A stretch of 57,504 nucleotides of DNA, from IMG/VR virus record IMGVR_UViG_3300048636_000153, positions 1 through 57,504 of that record; one strand, written 5' to 3'. This stretch comes from a virus (taxonomy: Duplodnaviria; Caudoviricetes). Both the position numbers and the translations under genes were made by a program. Positions 35,285 to 45,558 of the stretch are shown one piece after another. A model generated the notes under the pieces. That model was not told the origin of the DNA, did not search any database, and saw only the letters and a list, made by a program, of their open reading frames with translations. Numbering within the stretch: the first letter of the stretch is position 1; each line of letters starts with the position of its first letter.

Positions 35285-37606
35285 ATGGAACTCAGAGAAC
35301 TCCTAATCGCTACAGGCAGCGATATAAAGGCCATCGGCAAAAACCGATATGGTGGATACCTCGTACACTTCAACACGCCTGACGAGGCTGACTTGCATGG
35401 AGAGCGCTTTATTCCTGAAACGAACTTCATGCTAAAGACACACCCGCTGGTGGGCAAGCCCGTACTATTCAATCATGGGCTTGACCCAAGCATCGGCGTC
35501 GTACCAATGGGTGTTATCGATAAAGCCTACAAAGATCACAAAGGTGTGTGGGCTGAATTTGCATACAAGTTCTCAGAGAACTACCGAGATTATTTCAAGG
35601 AACTTGCACCATTCAAAGAATGGAAGGAAGAGCAAGAAGACGCACTCCGCCAATACGATGCATACATTCGCAGCCGTTTAGACAATGGCACTCATAAATG
35701 GAGTGGCGGCGCACTACCACAAGGGGTCATTACTGCGGAGGATGGCACGATATTGCAATGGCCCTTCAATGAGGGTTCCGGCACGTTCACACCTGCCGAG
35801 TGGCGCGGTCGCACACGCATTATGCCTGTGAAGGCCCTGCTGCCACACCTCAAACAATTTAGTTCATTACAGGCAATGTACGAAGAAGAGGACAGCGCAG
35901 ATGCCCCCATGCATGACGCTATGCCTGAAGGTACGCCTGATGAAGCAACACAAGCAACACCCATTATCGGTAACAAGATGCATGAGGGAATTAAGATGGA
36001 AATGGAGCAAATGATTGCTGCCATTCGTCAGTTGTTTGAAGAGTACGGCCTAGCCGCACCCGCTGACGAAGAAGCAAAGGCAGCAGCCGAAGAGTTGGAA
36101 GATGACACCATGCGTGCTATGACAGAGGAAGAAGACGAAGAAGGTCAGAAGTCTGTCACGCTTGAACGCTTGGTCCGTCACCTTGACGCTAACTTTGACA
36201 AAGTGGCTAAAGCTGTTGCGGAAGTGCAGGTTAATATCCGCGCACAGAAGGCAGAATCACGCAAGGATGCCTTTGCACGCGCACAGCAGGAAGCACAGCT
36301 TGACAAAGGTCAACCGGAGAATAGCAAGCGCAATAAGGCGGGTGCTGTGCATAACGAGAATGGTGCTAGCCTGGGCCAGATCAAAATGACTGACCGCCGC
36401 TATGCCAACTGGACGCCGGAAGACTTTAGCTTTGCCGCAATGCTGGCGAACAAGTCCCGTTTTACGTCCAATGCCGCGCCGCTGCCTATCAAGCTGGATA
36501 ACGCCTTTATGGGCGCATTCGCTGATGCGGCTACCAAAGCGCATGAGCAAGGTACAGTTCGCCTAAGTAATGCTGCTATCAAGGGCATTAACATGATTAA
36601 GGCGAACGAACTGGACCACAGCACGCAGGTTGGCTTCGGTGACGAGTGGGTGCCTGAATTGTGGAGCGACCAGATTTGGGAACGCGCACGTCAGGATAAC
36701 GTCATTTTGCCGTTGTTCCAGACAACCGAAATGCCGAGTAACCCATTTGTGATGCCTGTCGAAGACGCTGACCCAGATGTGTACTATGTGGCTGAAACCA
36801 CCGCAGAGAACCAGTTGACGCTGGCTGACGGTAATAGCCCCATTCCTGACAGCAAGATCGGTACGAACAACATTACGCTGACCGCGTATAAGTTCGGTAC
36901 GCGCACAGGCATTAGTGCGGAGTTCCAGGAAGACGCTGTGCCTTCATCGGTCCCGATGTTCCGGCGTCAGGCAGAGCGCGCACTGAAAGATACCATTGAC
37001 AATATCCTTGTGAATGGTGACACCAGTAGCAGCAACAACATCAACCTGGACGGCGGTTCACCAGCAGCCAACCTGCCCTATCGCGCATTCGATGGTCTGA
37101 TTCACAACCCGCTTGTGGACGCTACATCAAACGCGATTGATGGCACTGGCGGCGCGCCCACACTAGCCAAGATTCGCCAGGCGCGCTTCGCCTTACAGGC
37201 TGGTAGCATCAACGCCCTGAGCGACCTGGTTATCATCGTGGACAATGCCACCTATGGCAAACTGTTGGGCCTGGATGAGTTCATTACGATGGACAAAGCA
37301 GGCGCACGCGCAACCGCGCAAACGGGTCAAATTGGTTTCATTGACGGCATTCCGGTTTTGGCTACGGCTGAAATGGCGCTGTCTGCAACCAATGGTAAAG
37401 TCAGCAGCACAGGTGGCAACAACCTATATGGTCGCTTGCTTATCGTAGACAAGCGTTTCTGGAAGGTCGGCTATCGTCGCCAGATCACACAGACGCTTGA
37501 CTTCATTCCTTACTACGATAGCTGGCAGTTGACCACGACTGTTCGCCTTGCGTTCAAAAATCAGAACAACGATAGCACAACCCTGCTGTACCATCTGGCT
37601 GTTTAG
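35285..37606 (+). CDS. Prohead protease-scaffold-major capsid protein fusion (HK97 fold)
   Basis: N-terminal GGYLV.F...DLHGE.F...VLFNHG...WSGG...EGS.T.TPAE protease; acidic coiled-coil middle; C-terminal G.EWVPE.WS..I.E, G.IDGIPV, VGYRR capsid motifs. Confidence 0.85.
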   Translation: MELRELLIATGSDIKAIGKNRYGGYLVHFNTPDEADLHGERFIPETNFMLKTHPLVGKPVLFNHGLDPSIGVVPMGVIDKAYKDHKGVWAEFAYKFSENYRDYFKELAPFKEWKEEQEDALRQYDAYIRSRLDNGTHKWSGGALPQGVITAEDGTILQWPFNEGSGTFTPAEWRGRTRIMPVKALLPHLKQFSSLQAMYEEEDSADAPMHDAMPEGTPDEATQATPIIGNKMHEGIKMEMEQMIAAIRQLFEEYGLAAPADEEAKAAAEELEDDTMRAMTEEEDEEGQKSVTLERLVRHLDANFDKVAKAVAEVQVNIRAQKAESRKDAFARAQQEAQLDKGQPENSKRNKAGAVHNENGASLGQIKMTDRRYANWTPEDFSFAAMLANKSRFTSNAAPLPIKLDNAFMGAFADAATKAHEQGTVRLSNAAIKGINMIKANELDHSTQVGFGDEWVPELWSDQIWERARQDNVILPLFQTTEMPSNPFVMPVEDADPDVYYVAETTAENQLTLADGNSPIPDSKIGTNNITLTAYKFGTRTGISAEFQEDAVPSSVPMFRRQAERALKDTIDNILVNGDTSSSNNINLDGGSPAANLPYRAFDGLIHNPLVDATSNAIDGTGGAPTLAKIRQARFALQAGSINALSDLVIIVDNATYGKLLGLDEFITMDKAGARATAQTGQIGFIDGIPVLATAEMALSATNGKVSSTGGNNLYGRLLIVDKRFWKVGYRRQITQTLDFIPYYDSWQLTTTVRLAFKNQNNDSTTLLYHLAV

Positions 37607-37671
37607 TCAGTTGGTTCACAGGTTTAGGGCATGGCTGACGCTGTGCCCTTTGTGCTTACTAGGAGGACTAC

Positions 37672-38091
37672 ATGTCTGGAAAACTACAAAATCGCGCAGG
37701 CACGACATCGCCTATCGTTGCATTCGACTTTGCGCTAGCAAATCTTGCTGCAAGTCAAACCGATACCGCTGTCCCAGTTGTTGGTGGCGTTGCAAATGCA
37801 CACGCTGCTGTGAAGGCGGGTAGCATCGTTGGTTATAGCATCACGCTGAGCGCTGCATTTAGCGATGGTGTTGTATCGGTCGCTTTGCAGTCCGGTGGTA
37901 GCGACGCGGTAGAAGTCAGCATTGACACCGCAGAGACGACAGAGTTTGTTGGCACGTTTGAATATGGTGACTATCCATTCGCAGCGGGTGACACGCTCAG
38001 CGTGACGTATACAAGCGATGGTGATGCAACGCCGACAACGAGCGACATGATCGTGCGCGTGTACGTGATGTTTGAAGACTTTGACGTATAG
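37672..38091 (+). CDS. Putative capsid decoration protein
   Basis: Beta-rich, directly after the MCP, AGGAGG RBS. Confidence 0.5.
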   Translation: MSGKLQNRAGTTSPIVAFDFALANLAASQTDTAVPVVGGVANAHAAVKAGSIVGYSITLSAAFSDGVVSVALQSGGSDAVEVSIDTAETTEFVGTFEYGDYPFAAGDTLSVTYTSDGDATPTTSDMIVRVYVMFEDFDV

Positions 38092-38100
38092 GAGACCGAT

Positions 38101-38469
38101 ATGGGCTTCTATCAAGCCATTCTTTCAACAGATGGTAGTGGCGATGGCACAGGCAATTGGGGCAACTGGCAACCCGAAGGTTGGGTAGAAGGTATCTCGG
38201 TTGAACTGCTCTCAGGCTTATCGACAGTTGATGTAGCGGTAACTGAACCCAACGGCTTGAAGCGTACATTGTTAGATGTCGCTGATATAACAGCCGATGC
38301 AGCCTATTCCCCACAGCAAGAGATACAAGATAACGCGGGTGCAGGCACAGGGTCATACAAGCCGTTTTATATCAACCTGAACAACCTTGCTATCACATTA
38401 GCAAATGGCACAGTAAGCCAAACAGAGAAGTGCATCGTTACCATTAGCATCATAGAGACGAGGGACTAG
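38101..38469 (+). CDS. Putative virion protein
   Basis: Position in the head-tail module. Confidence 0.5.
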   Translation: MGFYQAILSTDGSGDGTGNWGNWQPEGWVEGISVELLSGLSTVDVAVTEPNGLKRTLLDVADITADAAYSPQQEIQDNAGAGTGSYKPFYINLNNLAITLANGTVSQTEKCIVTISIIETRD

Positions 38470-38470
38470 C

Positions 38471-38836
38471 ATGAAGATACGCTTACCCAAAGACTACCGC
38501 AGTGCTGATGGTGTATCCATCGCACCCGGCGAATACGACATCAAAGACAAAGCGCTGCACGGCAAAGGCCGCTATCTGGTCGAAACACGTCACGCGGAAG
38601 TTATCGAAGTTGATGAACCGGAAGTAACCCCACAAGAGTCTGATGAAGACGAAAAACAGCAAAAGTGGACCGTGACACCACACGCACAGAAGGCGCTAGA
38701 AGATGCAGGCTTTGAGCCTGTAGATGTGCTACCTGATGGTGGTCACATTGGTGTTGATGATGTGCGCGACTTCCTTGCTGCACTTGAGGCTGACCCTGAA
38801 GACAGCACCGACGAAGACGACAGCGAAGACGAATAA
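38471..38836 (+). CDS. Acidic protein with an E3-binding-like motif
   Basis: VTPHAQKALEDAG...PDGGHIGVDDVRDFL. Confidence 0.45.
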   Translation: MKIRLPKDYRSADGVSIAPGEYDIKDKALHGKGRYLVETRHAEVIEVDEPEVTPQESDEDEKQQKWTVTPHAQKALEDAGFEPVDVLPDGGHIGVDDVRDFLAALEADPEDSTDEDDSEDE

Positions 38837-39405
38837 TGTTCCTCACACGCTCCACCATAGACACTGCTGTCATCGACAACCAAATAGCATTCATCAACAG
38901 CAATATCGTTGAGCAGGTTGGCACACAGGTAGCGCAGGAGTTCCAGCCACGTATCAGCGACAGGCTGACGGTCGAACCGGGGCCACCTGTGCCGGGTGCA
39001 TTCGCTGAACACGCCACGCCTAAGCAGCGTCGCTATGTTATGGCGAAGATACGCCGGGGCGAGTGGACAGGCCGCACGGGCGCACTACAGAATGCCTGGG
39101 TCATCAGCAGTACGTTCAGTGGCAACAGCTTCACGATGATCGCGCAAAACAACACGCCTTATGGACCATTCGTCTATGGTGGTGCGACGCTCTCCAACGT
39201 GGGCTTTGGTTCACGCGGTGCAGGTCGCTTCCAACAGCGCTTCCATCAGATCACAGGATGGCCTCTGCAAGCACAGGTCGTCAACGAAGAATACGATGCC
39301 ATGCAAGCACGCTTCGCAGAGCTATACAACGCTGCTGTGCAGGATATGGGTCAGGCAGTCGCTAGCAGGCGCGGGTACACGCGCACACCGCCGCGCAGGA
39401 GGTAG
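38836..39405 (+). CDS. HK97 gp10-like neck/tail-completion protein
   Basis: RTGALQNAW...NNTPYGPFVYG...QQRFH..TGW. Confidence 0.6.
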   Translation: MFLTRSTIDTAVIDNQIAFINSNIVEQVGTQVAQEFQPRISDRLTVEPGPPVPGAFAEHATPKQRRYVMAKIRRGEWTGRTGALQNAWVISSTFSGNSFTMIAQNNTPYGPFVYGGATLSNVGFGSRGAGRFQQRFHQITGWPLQAQVVNEEYDAMQARFAELYNAAVQDMGQAVASRRGYTRTPPRRR

Positions 39406-39407
39406 CC

Positions 39408-40283
39408 ATGCAACTCTACACATATGCCACACTGGAACAGGCCAAGACTGAGTTTGATGCGACCAACGAAGCAAACGACGCCTTTACTCTAGGTGTGCTA
39501 CGTCAACTAACAGCGCGCTTTGAGGCTGAGTGCAATCAGGTATTTGCACCTGTCATTAAGACGCGCTACTACGATGCGCGTGGTGACCACAGCATCGACT
39601 ATGGTAAGAAGCGGCTGTTCCTGCGCTATCCCCTGCTTGAAGCAAATGCGGTAACGGATGGCAATGACACAGCGCTTGTAGCTGACACGGACTACCGCCT
39701 ATATCCACGCGATACGGTGGCCTATGCACTGCAAGGCTTGTCTGCCTACGGCGGCTGGCATCAGTACACAGGCGACTGGGTAGAAGCTATATCGGTTGCA
39801 GGTATATGGGGCTATCACGAAGACTATGCTAATGCATGGGTCGCAAGCGGTGACGCGCTAGCTGCCAATGTCAGTGATACCACAGGTACGACGCTAACTG
39901 TTGCCGACGTGGACGCTGTAAACCCGCTGACAGGCTATGCGCGTTTTTCGCCAGGGATGCTCATTCGCATTGACGACGAATACATGACGGTGCTATCAGT
40001 CGATAGTGACGCCAACACACTCACTGTACAGCGCGGGGCCAATGGCAGCACAGCAGCCACGCACGACGAGGAAGCGGCTATCAGCGTATGGCAGGCCATG
40101 CACCAGATACAGCGCGTTGTAGCGCGGTCTGCGGCCTTCCTGGTGAAGCGTCGTTCGCAGTTCGAGCGTGTGCAGTTCGAGACAGCAAGCGGCGTAGTGA
40201 CGCAAGAGTTCCCGGCTGACTTAGAAAAAGAATGGTCAGTCGCAGTGGCGCGCCTCCGTAGATATGAGAGCATAGGCATCTGA
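39408..40283 (+). CDS. Head-tail adaptor/connector
   Basis: YATLEQ.K...E..C...F...TRYYD; ISV.GIWGY; inserted LTVQRGANGSTAATH domain. Confidence 0.7.
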   Translation: MQLYTYATLEQAKTEFDATNEANDAFTLGVLRQLTARFEAECNQVFAPVIKTRYYDARGDHSIDYGKKRLFLRYPLLEANAVTDGNDTALVADTDYRLYPRDTVAYALQGLSAYGGWHQYTGDWVEAISVAGIWGYHEDYANAWVASGDALAANVSDTTGTTLTVADVDAVNPLTGYARFSPGMLIRIDDEYMTVLSVDSDANTLTVQRGANGSTAATHDEEAAISVWQAMHQIQRVVARSAAFLVKRRSQFERVQFETASGVVTQEFPADLEKEWSVAVARLRRYESIGI

Positions 40284-40284
40284 T

Positions 40285-40755
40285 ATGACCTTCACACAAG
40301 GACTTAGCACAGCCAAAGACCGCATCTTTGCAATGCAGCGACTAGCCACGCCTAACGTCACAGTTGCAACCAGCACGGAAGCGATGACTGCTTTGCAACC
40401 TCCCTACTGGAATAACTTCATACGAGTAGTTACACACCGAGAATTTGCGAATGACTACTGGAATATTGAGGTTACATTCCGCGCAGTGATGGTCGCAGGC
40501 ACAATTGCACAGGATATAAATAGTGTGCTGGCGAACAAGATACAGTTTGAGTATGTGCCGGAGTTTATCGAATACTTCCTAGCACATCGGTCATTGAAGC
40601 TAAGCGCAAGCGACGATGTGCCACTGTGGCTAAATGAAGAAGGTGTGACACTAGGCCAAGGTGCGGGGTACGGCGTTATCAACAACCAGTATGTTGGTTT
40701 TGAAGTGCCCATTATCCTGCCATTCGTCGTGCAAATCGAAGAAGCATTTAGCTAA
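40285..40755 (+). CDS. Putative tail terminator
   Basis: Size and position before the major tail protein. Confidence 0.45.
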   Translation: MTFTQGLSTAKDRIFAMQRLATPNVTVATSTEAMTALQPPYWNNFIRVVTHREFANDYWNIEVTFRAVMVAGTIAQDINSVLANKIQFEYVPEFIEYFLAHRSLKLSASDDVPLWLNEEGVTLGQGAGYGVINNQYVGFEVPIILPFVVQIEEAFS

Positions 40756-40764
40756 GGGGTTCAT

Positions 40765-41058
40765 ATGCCTGATGTCTTAGATAAAGCGCTCTACGGCGAA
40801 TACAACGCTAAGGGGCGCATATTCAGAGAGCCGCAGCGATGCATCATTAGTGGTGCATTGATCGATAGCAATACACCGAGATGGCGTGTCAAAGGTACGT
40901 CATTTTTTGTGCGCTACACAAGCACACTCAGGGGTGTAACACAAGACATGCTCATTGAAGCAACCCGGTCGTTGACTGCGAATGCTGCCATAGAGCCTGT
41001 CGTCAGTTCAGAAGACGAGCCATCGCAAGATGAGCTATCACATGATGAGGAGTCATAA
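40765..41058 (+). CDS. Hypothetical protein
   Basis: Operon-spaced ORF. Confidence 0.5.
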   Translation: MPDVLDKALYGEYNAKGRIFREPQRCIISGALIDSNTPRWRVKGTSFFVRYTSTLRGVTQDMLIEATRSLTANAAIEPVVSSEDEPSQDELSHDEES

Positions 41059-41060
41059 TT

Positions 41061-41918
41061 ATGGTAGTAAATGTTAAGCAGTTCATCGCTGCGGGTATCG
41101 ACCGCGCCCAATGGGCTGCATTGGACGGTGATGGGTATGGCGTTGGTACGGCGCTCACGCTAGCCAATGGCAGCACCAGCAACATGGGACGACTATTGGG
41201 CGCTCAGAACTTTGGGCCATCATTCCCTGAGCCGGAATACTTGGATGTGCCGGGTGATGACGTCATTCAGCAGGGTTTTCAGTTCCCTGGGAATGCGCTG
41301 CCTACCTTCAGTGTAGCGGTAGCGCCGTTTGATCTTGACTTCCGGGCGCTGTCAGAGGGCACAACATTGGTAGCTGAGGGCGATCTGACAATGCTCATCA
41401 GCCAGCCGTCCGCACCTGTCTACCCCGACATGTCCGTTCTACTAACACAGAAGGCCAAGCACGCCGTAACGGGTGCGAGTGGTTTTGCACACATGCTGGT
41501 TATGCGTGGTACAGCCGCAGCAATCGACACCGACAGTATGCAGACTGGCGCGAACCATTCTCCAGACCGCTATAGCATTCGCGGCAACCGCACCAACGCC
41601 ACACCCTGGGGCGCGAATGTAGCAACCGCAGGCTTTGGTGTGTCAGACGGTGTAACCATTCGTTTCTGGTCAGAGAACCGCGTTTCAATGTCATTCATGC
41701 GTGGCGATGGTGCGGAAGACGAGATCGCTTTGCAATACCTCCCCGCCGCCGCAACTGGCAATAAGGTACAGGTGTGGGTCGCTGGCACAAAGCAAACCTA
41801 CACAACAGACTACACTGTTGACACAGGCACAGGCGTGCTGACATTCGAGTCTGGAAGCATACCTGCGGCTGGTGAACAGGTCTTTGTTTTGTATGAACAC
41901 CTGGGACTAGCTAGCTAA
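41061..41918 (+). CDS. Major tail tube protein
   Basis: Position, Gly/Ala/Thr-rich, C-terminal Ig-like TDYTVD..TG.LTF. Confidence 0.65.
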   Translation: MVVNVKQFIAAGIDRAQWAALDGDGYGVGTALTLANGSTSNMGRLLGAQNFGPSFPEPEYLDVPGDDVIQQGFQFPGNALPTFSVAVAPFDLDFRALSEGTTLVAEGDLTMLISQPSAPVYPDMSVLLTQKAKHAVTGASGFAHMLVMRGTAAAIDTDSMQTGANHSPDRYSIRGNRTNATPWGANVATAGFGVSDGVTIRFWSENRVSMSFMRGDGAEDEIALQYLPAAATGNKVQVWVAGTKQTYTTDYTVDTGTGVLTFESGSIPAAGEQVFVLYEHLGLAS

Positions 41919-42700
41919 TGAGAACGCACACATTTAAGCATGTGAGCGCTCAGGGTGAGGTCAGTGCAACCGTGCGTTCACTGACCTACCGTGATGAGCT
42001 GGAGCTTGCTTCCCTGCACCACATCCTGAAGGTAGGATCAACGCCTGATAGCACAGGCTTGCACCTTGCAGACTGGACCGAACGCCGGAAGTTTGCAGAG
42101 CTTATGGTGTTCTCTAAGTCCGTCAAAGGCTTGGGCTTTGAATGGCCTAGCACGCGCGCACCATTGGATACATTGCTGACTGCGCTCATTAAGCTGTTTG
42201 ATCGTGAAGACAGCAAAGAGCTAATGAAAGTATGGTTTGATGCCATCGACTTGCTAGACAGCGCAACCACAGACATAGACTTGCTACCGCCTAAGCAATT
42301 ATCTGAAGAACGACTTGAGCTACCATCCGTTGCAAAGAAGCGGGATATATGGCGTCAGAACTGGCTTGATGAGTTCGACAAGCAAATTGCAGAAGAAGCG
42401 GCAATTAAGAAGGCGCTTGACAAAGGCGAGACACCAACGGTTGACTTTAGCGATCTGTCAGACTTTGGTTTGCACTATAACACCAAAGAGGAAATTAACT
42501 TCACGCTAGACTGCATTAGCTTCCTTGAGAACTACGGTATCCTTCCCGGTGTCGGCGGCTTAGAAGACCAAGATCGCAAGCGTGTGCATGACATGACCAT
42601 TTTGCGCCGTGTCATGGGCTGGCGACGCTATTTGCACCAATACGGTGGCCTCTATGAAGTCAGCGAAGACGAAGGCTTTGTCGCGCTAGACACACTCTAA
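41918..42700 (+). CDS. Tail assembly chaperone
   Basis: Between the MTP and TMP; C-terminal LP.VGGLEDQD. Confidence 0.55.
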   Translation: MRTHTFKHVSAQGEVSATVRSLTYRDELELASLHHILKVGSTPDSTGLHLADWTERRKFAELMVFSKSVKGLGFEWPSTRAPLDTLLTALIKLFDREDSKELMKVWFDAIDLLDSATTDIDLLPPKQLSEERLELPSVAKKRDIWRQNWLDEFDKQIAEEAAIKKALDKGETPTVDFSDLSDFGLHYNTKEEINFTLDCISFLENYGILPGVGGLEDQDRKRVHDMTILRRVMGWRRYLHQYGGLYEVSEDEGFVALDTL

Positions 42701-42727
42701 CCCTCAGTATCCCGCAGGCGGTAAACA

Positions 42728-45091
42728 ATGGCTCAGTCCACACCCAATGAAATTATCAACCGCATACGATGGGAAACCGACGACTCAACGCAGAAGCGCG
42801 TCACAAAGGCGTTTAACGAGCTTAAAAAAGACCTGAGAGAAGCGACAGACGATACTCAGGTACAGAAGCTTGGCAAGCGCTTTGCTGAGCTTGCGGCGCG
42901 CATTGGCCTGCCTGATGGCGCGGTGATCGACCTGCAAAACGACCTGCGTAAACTTGGCTTCACTGAAAAAGAAGTCGGTAAGGTTGCTATCGGCTTTGAA
43001 GAAGTCTACAGGGAAGTGCGGCGCGCCAAGGAAGAACTTGAGCGCTTTAAGAAGATTCAACTCAGGCAAGATGAGTTTGACCGGGTTAGTCGAAACGTTG
43101 GACTCGCTGGTGATATTCAATCTAACCTTGGTGCACTGAATGCTCTATCCGGTGGCAGTATTGGCCCTGCTGGTGAAGTATTCGCGCTCATCGAAGAACT
43201 GCCACGCCTAAAGACTGCGCTGTCTGGACTACCGCAAACTATTGCGCAGGCCGCTGCCACGCTGGGTCCTGCGGGCCTGTTGGTTGCTGGGGCACTGGCA
43301 ACTATAGCATTAGCTTTTGCTAATTATGCGCGCGGGGCCGAAGAACAAGCCAAGCAAATGACGGCAACCCTTGAAGCACAGCGCAATGTCTCACAGCAGG
43401 TAATTGATGGCCTAACAACTGAAGACGCTGAGGCCGAGATAGAGCGACTTAATAAGTTGCGTGAAGACGAGCTTCAGAGAATACGCGATATTGAGTCAGC
43501 CTATGATGACAATATCAACAGCCTGGGGTTGCTTGGTACCGCGCTTAAGGTGGTCGACACACGGGAAGAAGCACTCGTTGAGCAAATTAATAAATCCAAA
43601 GACGCTGCCGCCGACTATGAAGCACAGGCGAATGCGCTTACACGGGCTATTGCAAGTGGCGAAACCGCTGCCAACGACGCTGCACAAAGTGAAGAAGAAC
43701 TCGCTGCATCACGCCAACAGGCTGCCTCCGCAGCACAGCAGCTTGCACAGCTAGAGAAGCAAGCGATAGACCTGCGTGCCAGCTATGACCAAGCCGCAGG
43801 CGACCGCCTAGTTGATGAACTCAACAGGCAACGTGATGCGCGTGAGGATGCCTATCGCGCAGAGCAACAGCGTGCTAAGCAGTTCAACAGTGCCATTGAG
43901 AAGGCCAAAGAGGCTTCTAACAAGCGCCTTGCAAAGCTGTTTGATGAACTGAATAACCTACCACTGAAGCGCGCACAGGAACTACGCGCCGCAGAGGTCG
44001 AAGCGCAGGAAGAACGCGCTGATGTCATTCGTGAGTACGGCGAGAAGTCGAAACAGGACGCGGAAGATTTAAACCGTGAACTGAATAAGATCACAGCTAG
44101 CGGCGAAAAAGAACGCAAGCGCATTCTCGAAGATAGTGCCGACAGCATCAATCAAGCGATGGCAACAGGCGATGTGGAAGCATTGCTAAGTGCTGAGCGC
44201 GACCGTGATAAAGCTTTGCGCCGCAGCGTTGAAGATGAGGCTGATACCGCCAAAGAGCGCGCTGATAACTTTGAGGTAGAGCGCAGGCGTGAACAGGAAG
44301 CCTTCCAAAAGCGACTTGCTGATATACAAGCCGGGTTAGCCAAAGAACAGCAGGCTATCCGCGACAGCTATGCACAGCGTCGTGATGAGCTTAAAACAGC
44401 TATTGAAGAAGAAAAGACGGCTATCAAGGCATACATTGACGAAAGTACAGCCGCCTTCTTAGAGCGTGAACGTGAGATCGAAGAAGAACGCCGTAGACAG
44501 CAGCAACGTCGTGAACGTGATGAGGCCATTGCTGAATCGCGCAGACAGCGTGACCTGAACCAACAGCTAACTAACTTACAGCAGCAAGCAAATGCCATCA
44601 CGCAAGTGACATACAGCACACGCGAATTGCAGGTCGCTGCTAGAAGCTTGCAGGCCACTATCAACAGCCTGCGCTCAGCTACAGCCGCAGCAAGTCGCAA
44701 CAGCCGCGATACCGCGCCACGCAATAGTAGTTCACGCAGCACACCGGGACGCGGTGCGAGTGGGCCACGCTTTAGCGCGTTTGCAACGGGCGGTGTTATT
44801 GACGAGCTAACCTATGCACGCATGGGCGAAGACGCACGCAGGGGTGTCTATGAGGCTGTGATCCCATTCCGCAAGAGCGAGGGCATTGGGCCTGCGTTAG
44901 ATCGTATGGGCATTGGCGGTGGTGGCAGTCGTGAGCAATTCGTCTTCAACATCACCGGACAATTCACTGTGGGCGACATTGCAAGCAAGTCAGAGGTCGG
45001 CGCCACATTCAATGAGTTTGGCAGAGAAATTGTAGGTCAGGTTATGGGCGCTGTACGCAACGCACGCCGGAACAGCGGGAGGGTCGCATGA
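42728..45091 (+). CDS. Tape measure protein
   Basis: Long coiled-coil, hydrophobic central helix, FATGG...GE...EAVIP C-terminus. Confidence 0.85.
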   Translation: MAQSTPNEIINRIRWETDDSTQKRVTKAFNELKKDLREATDDTQVQKLGKRFAELAARIGLPDGAVIDLQNDLRKLGFTEKEVGKVAIGFEEVYREVRRAKEELERFKKIQLRQDEFDRVSRNVGLAGDIQSNLGALNALSGGSIGPAGEVFALIEELPRLKTALSGLPQTIAQAAATLGPAGLLVAGALATIALAFANYARGAEEQAKQMTATLEAQRNVSQQVIDGLTTEDAEAEIERLNKLREDELQRIRDIESAYDDNINSLGLLGTALKVVDTREEALVEQINKSKDAAADYEAQANALTRAIASGETAANDAAQSEEELAASRQQAASAAQQLAQLEKQAIDLRASYDQAAGDRLVDELNRQRDAREDAYRAEQQRAKQFNSAIEKAKEASNKRLAKLFDELNNLPLKRAQELRAAEVEAQEERADVIREYGEKSKQDAEDLNRELNKITASGEKERKRILEDSADSINQAMATGDVEALLSAERDRDKALRRSVEDEADTAKERADNFEVERRREQEAFQKRLADIQAGLAKEQQAIRDSYAQRRDELKTAIEEEKTAIKAYIDESTAAFLEREREIEEERRRQQQRRERDEAIAESRRQRDLNQQLTNLQQQANAITQVTYSTRELQVAARSLQATINSLRSATAAASRNSRDTAPRNSSSRSTPGRGASGPRFSAFATGGVIDELTYARMGEDARRGVYEAVIPFRKSEGIGPALDRMGIGGGGSREQFVFNITGQFTVGDIASKSEVGATFNEFGREIVGQVMGAVRNARRNSGRVA

Positions 45092-45558
45092 GCGTCATAC
45101 GATGGGCCGCAGGGCATATCAGCGAAGCGACCCTGCTTGCTGACGACGATAGCATTATCGCAGGTAATCCCGCTGGAGACTTCCCTATCTTGACCGACAT
45201 GGTAGGCCAGTTTGCAAGATGGACAGTCACCGCACGCGATGCAGGCACACGGCCTATTGTGCGCGGCTTCCAGGGTGGCAATTACTATGGTAGTTGGAAG
45301 TATGACCTTGTGTTCCCGGTGCTAACACCTGATATGGTGGCACACTTGTGGACTGAGATATTTGGCGAGTCACCTGTCGCCAATACAACCGCCTACGTGT
45401 TCAGTGGCAACAAAGAACTAGGCACTGACGGTTGGATCACTATTCAGAATGAGGCAAAGTGGTTCTTAGATAGCAATGAAGCAAGCTACCGCCTCACGGG
45501 GAGGCGGGGCTACTTCGGTGAAGTGGTTATTCCATTGCGTAATGGTAGGTTGGGTTAA
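45088..45558 (+). CDS. Distal tail protein (putative)
   Basis: Directly after the TMP. Confidence 0.5.
   Translation: MSVIRWAAGHISEATLLADDDSIIAGNPAGDFPILTDMVGQFARWTVTARDAGTRPIVRGFQGGNYYGSWKYDLVFPVLTPDMVAHLWTEIFGESPVANTTAYVFSGNKELGTDGWITIQNEAKWFLDSNEASYRLTGRRGYFGEVVIPLRNGRLG

Noticed and set aside
41918-42700. Tail-chaperone G/GT programmed frameshift
   Set aside because: A single ORF fills the MTP-TMP gap, and I saw no convincing slippery heptamer with a second frame.
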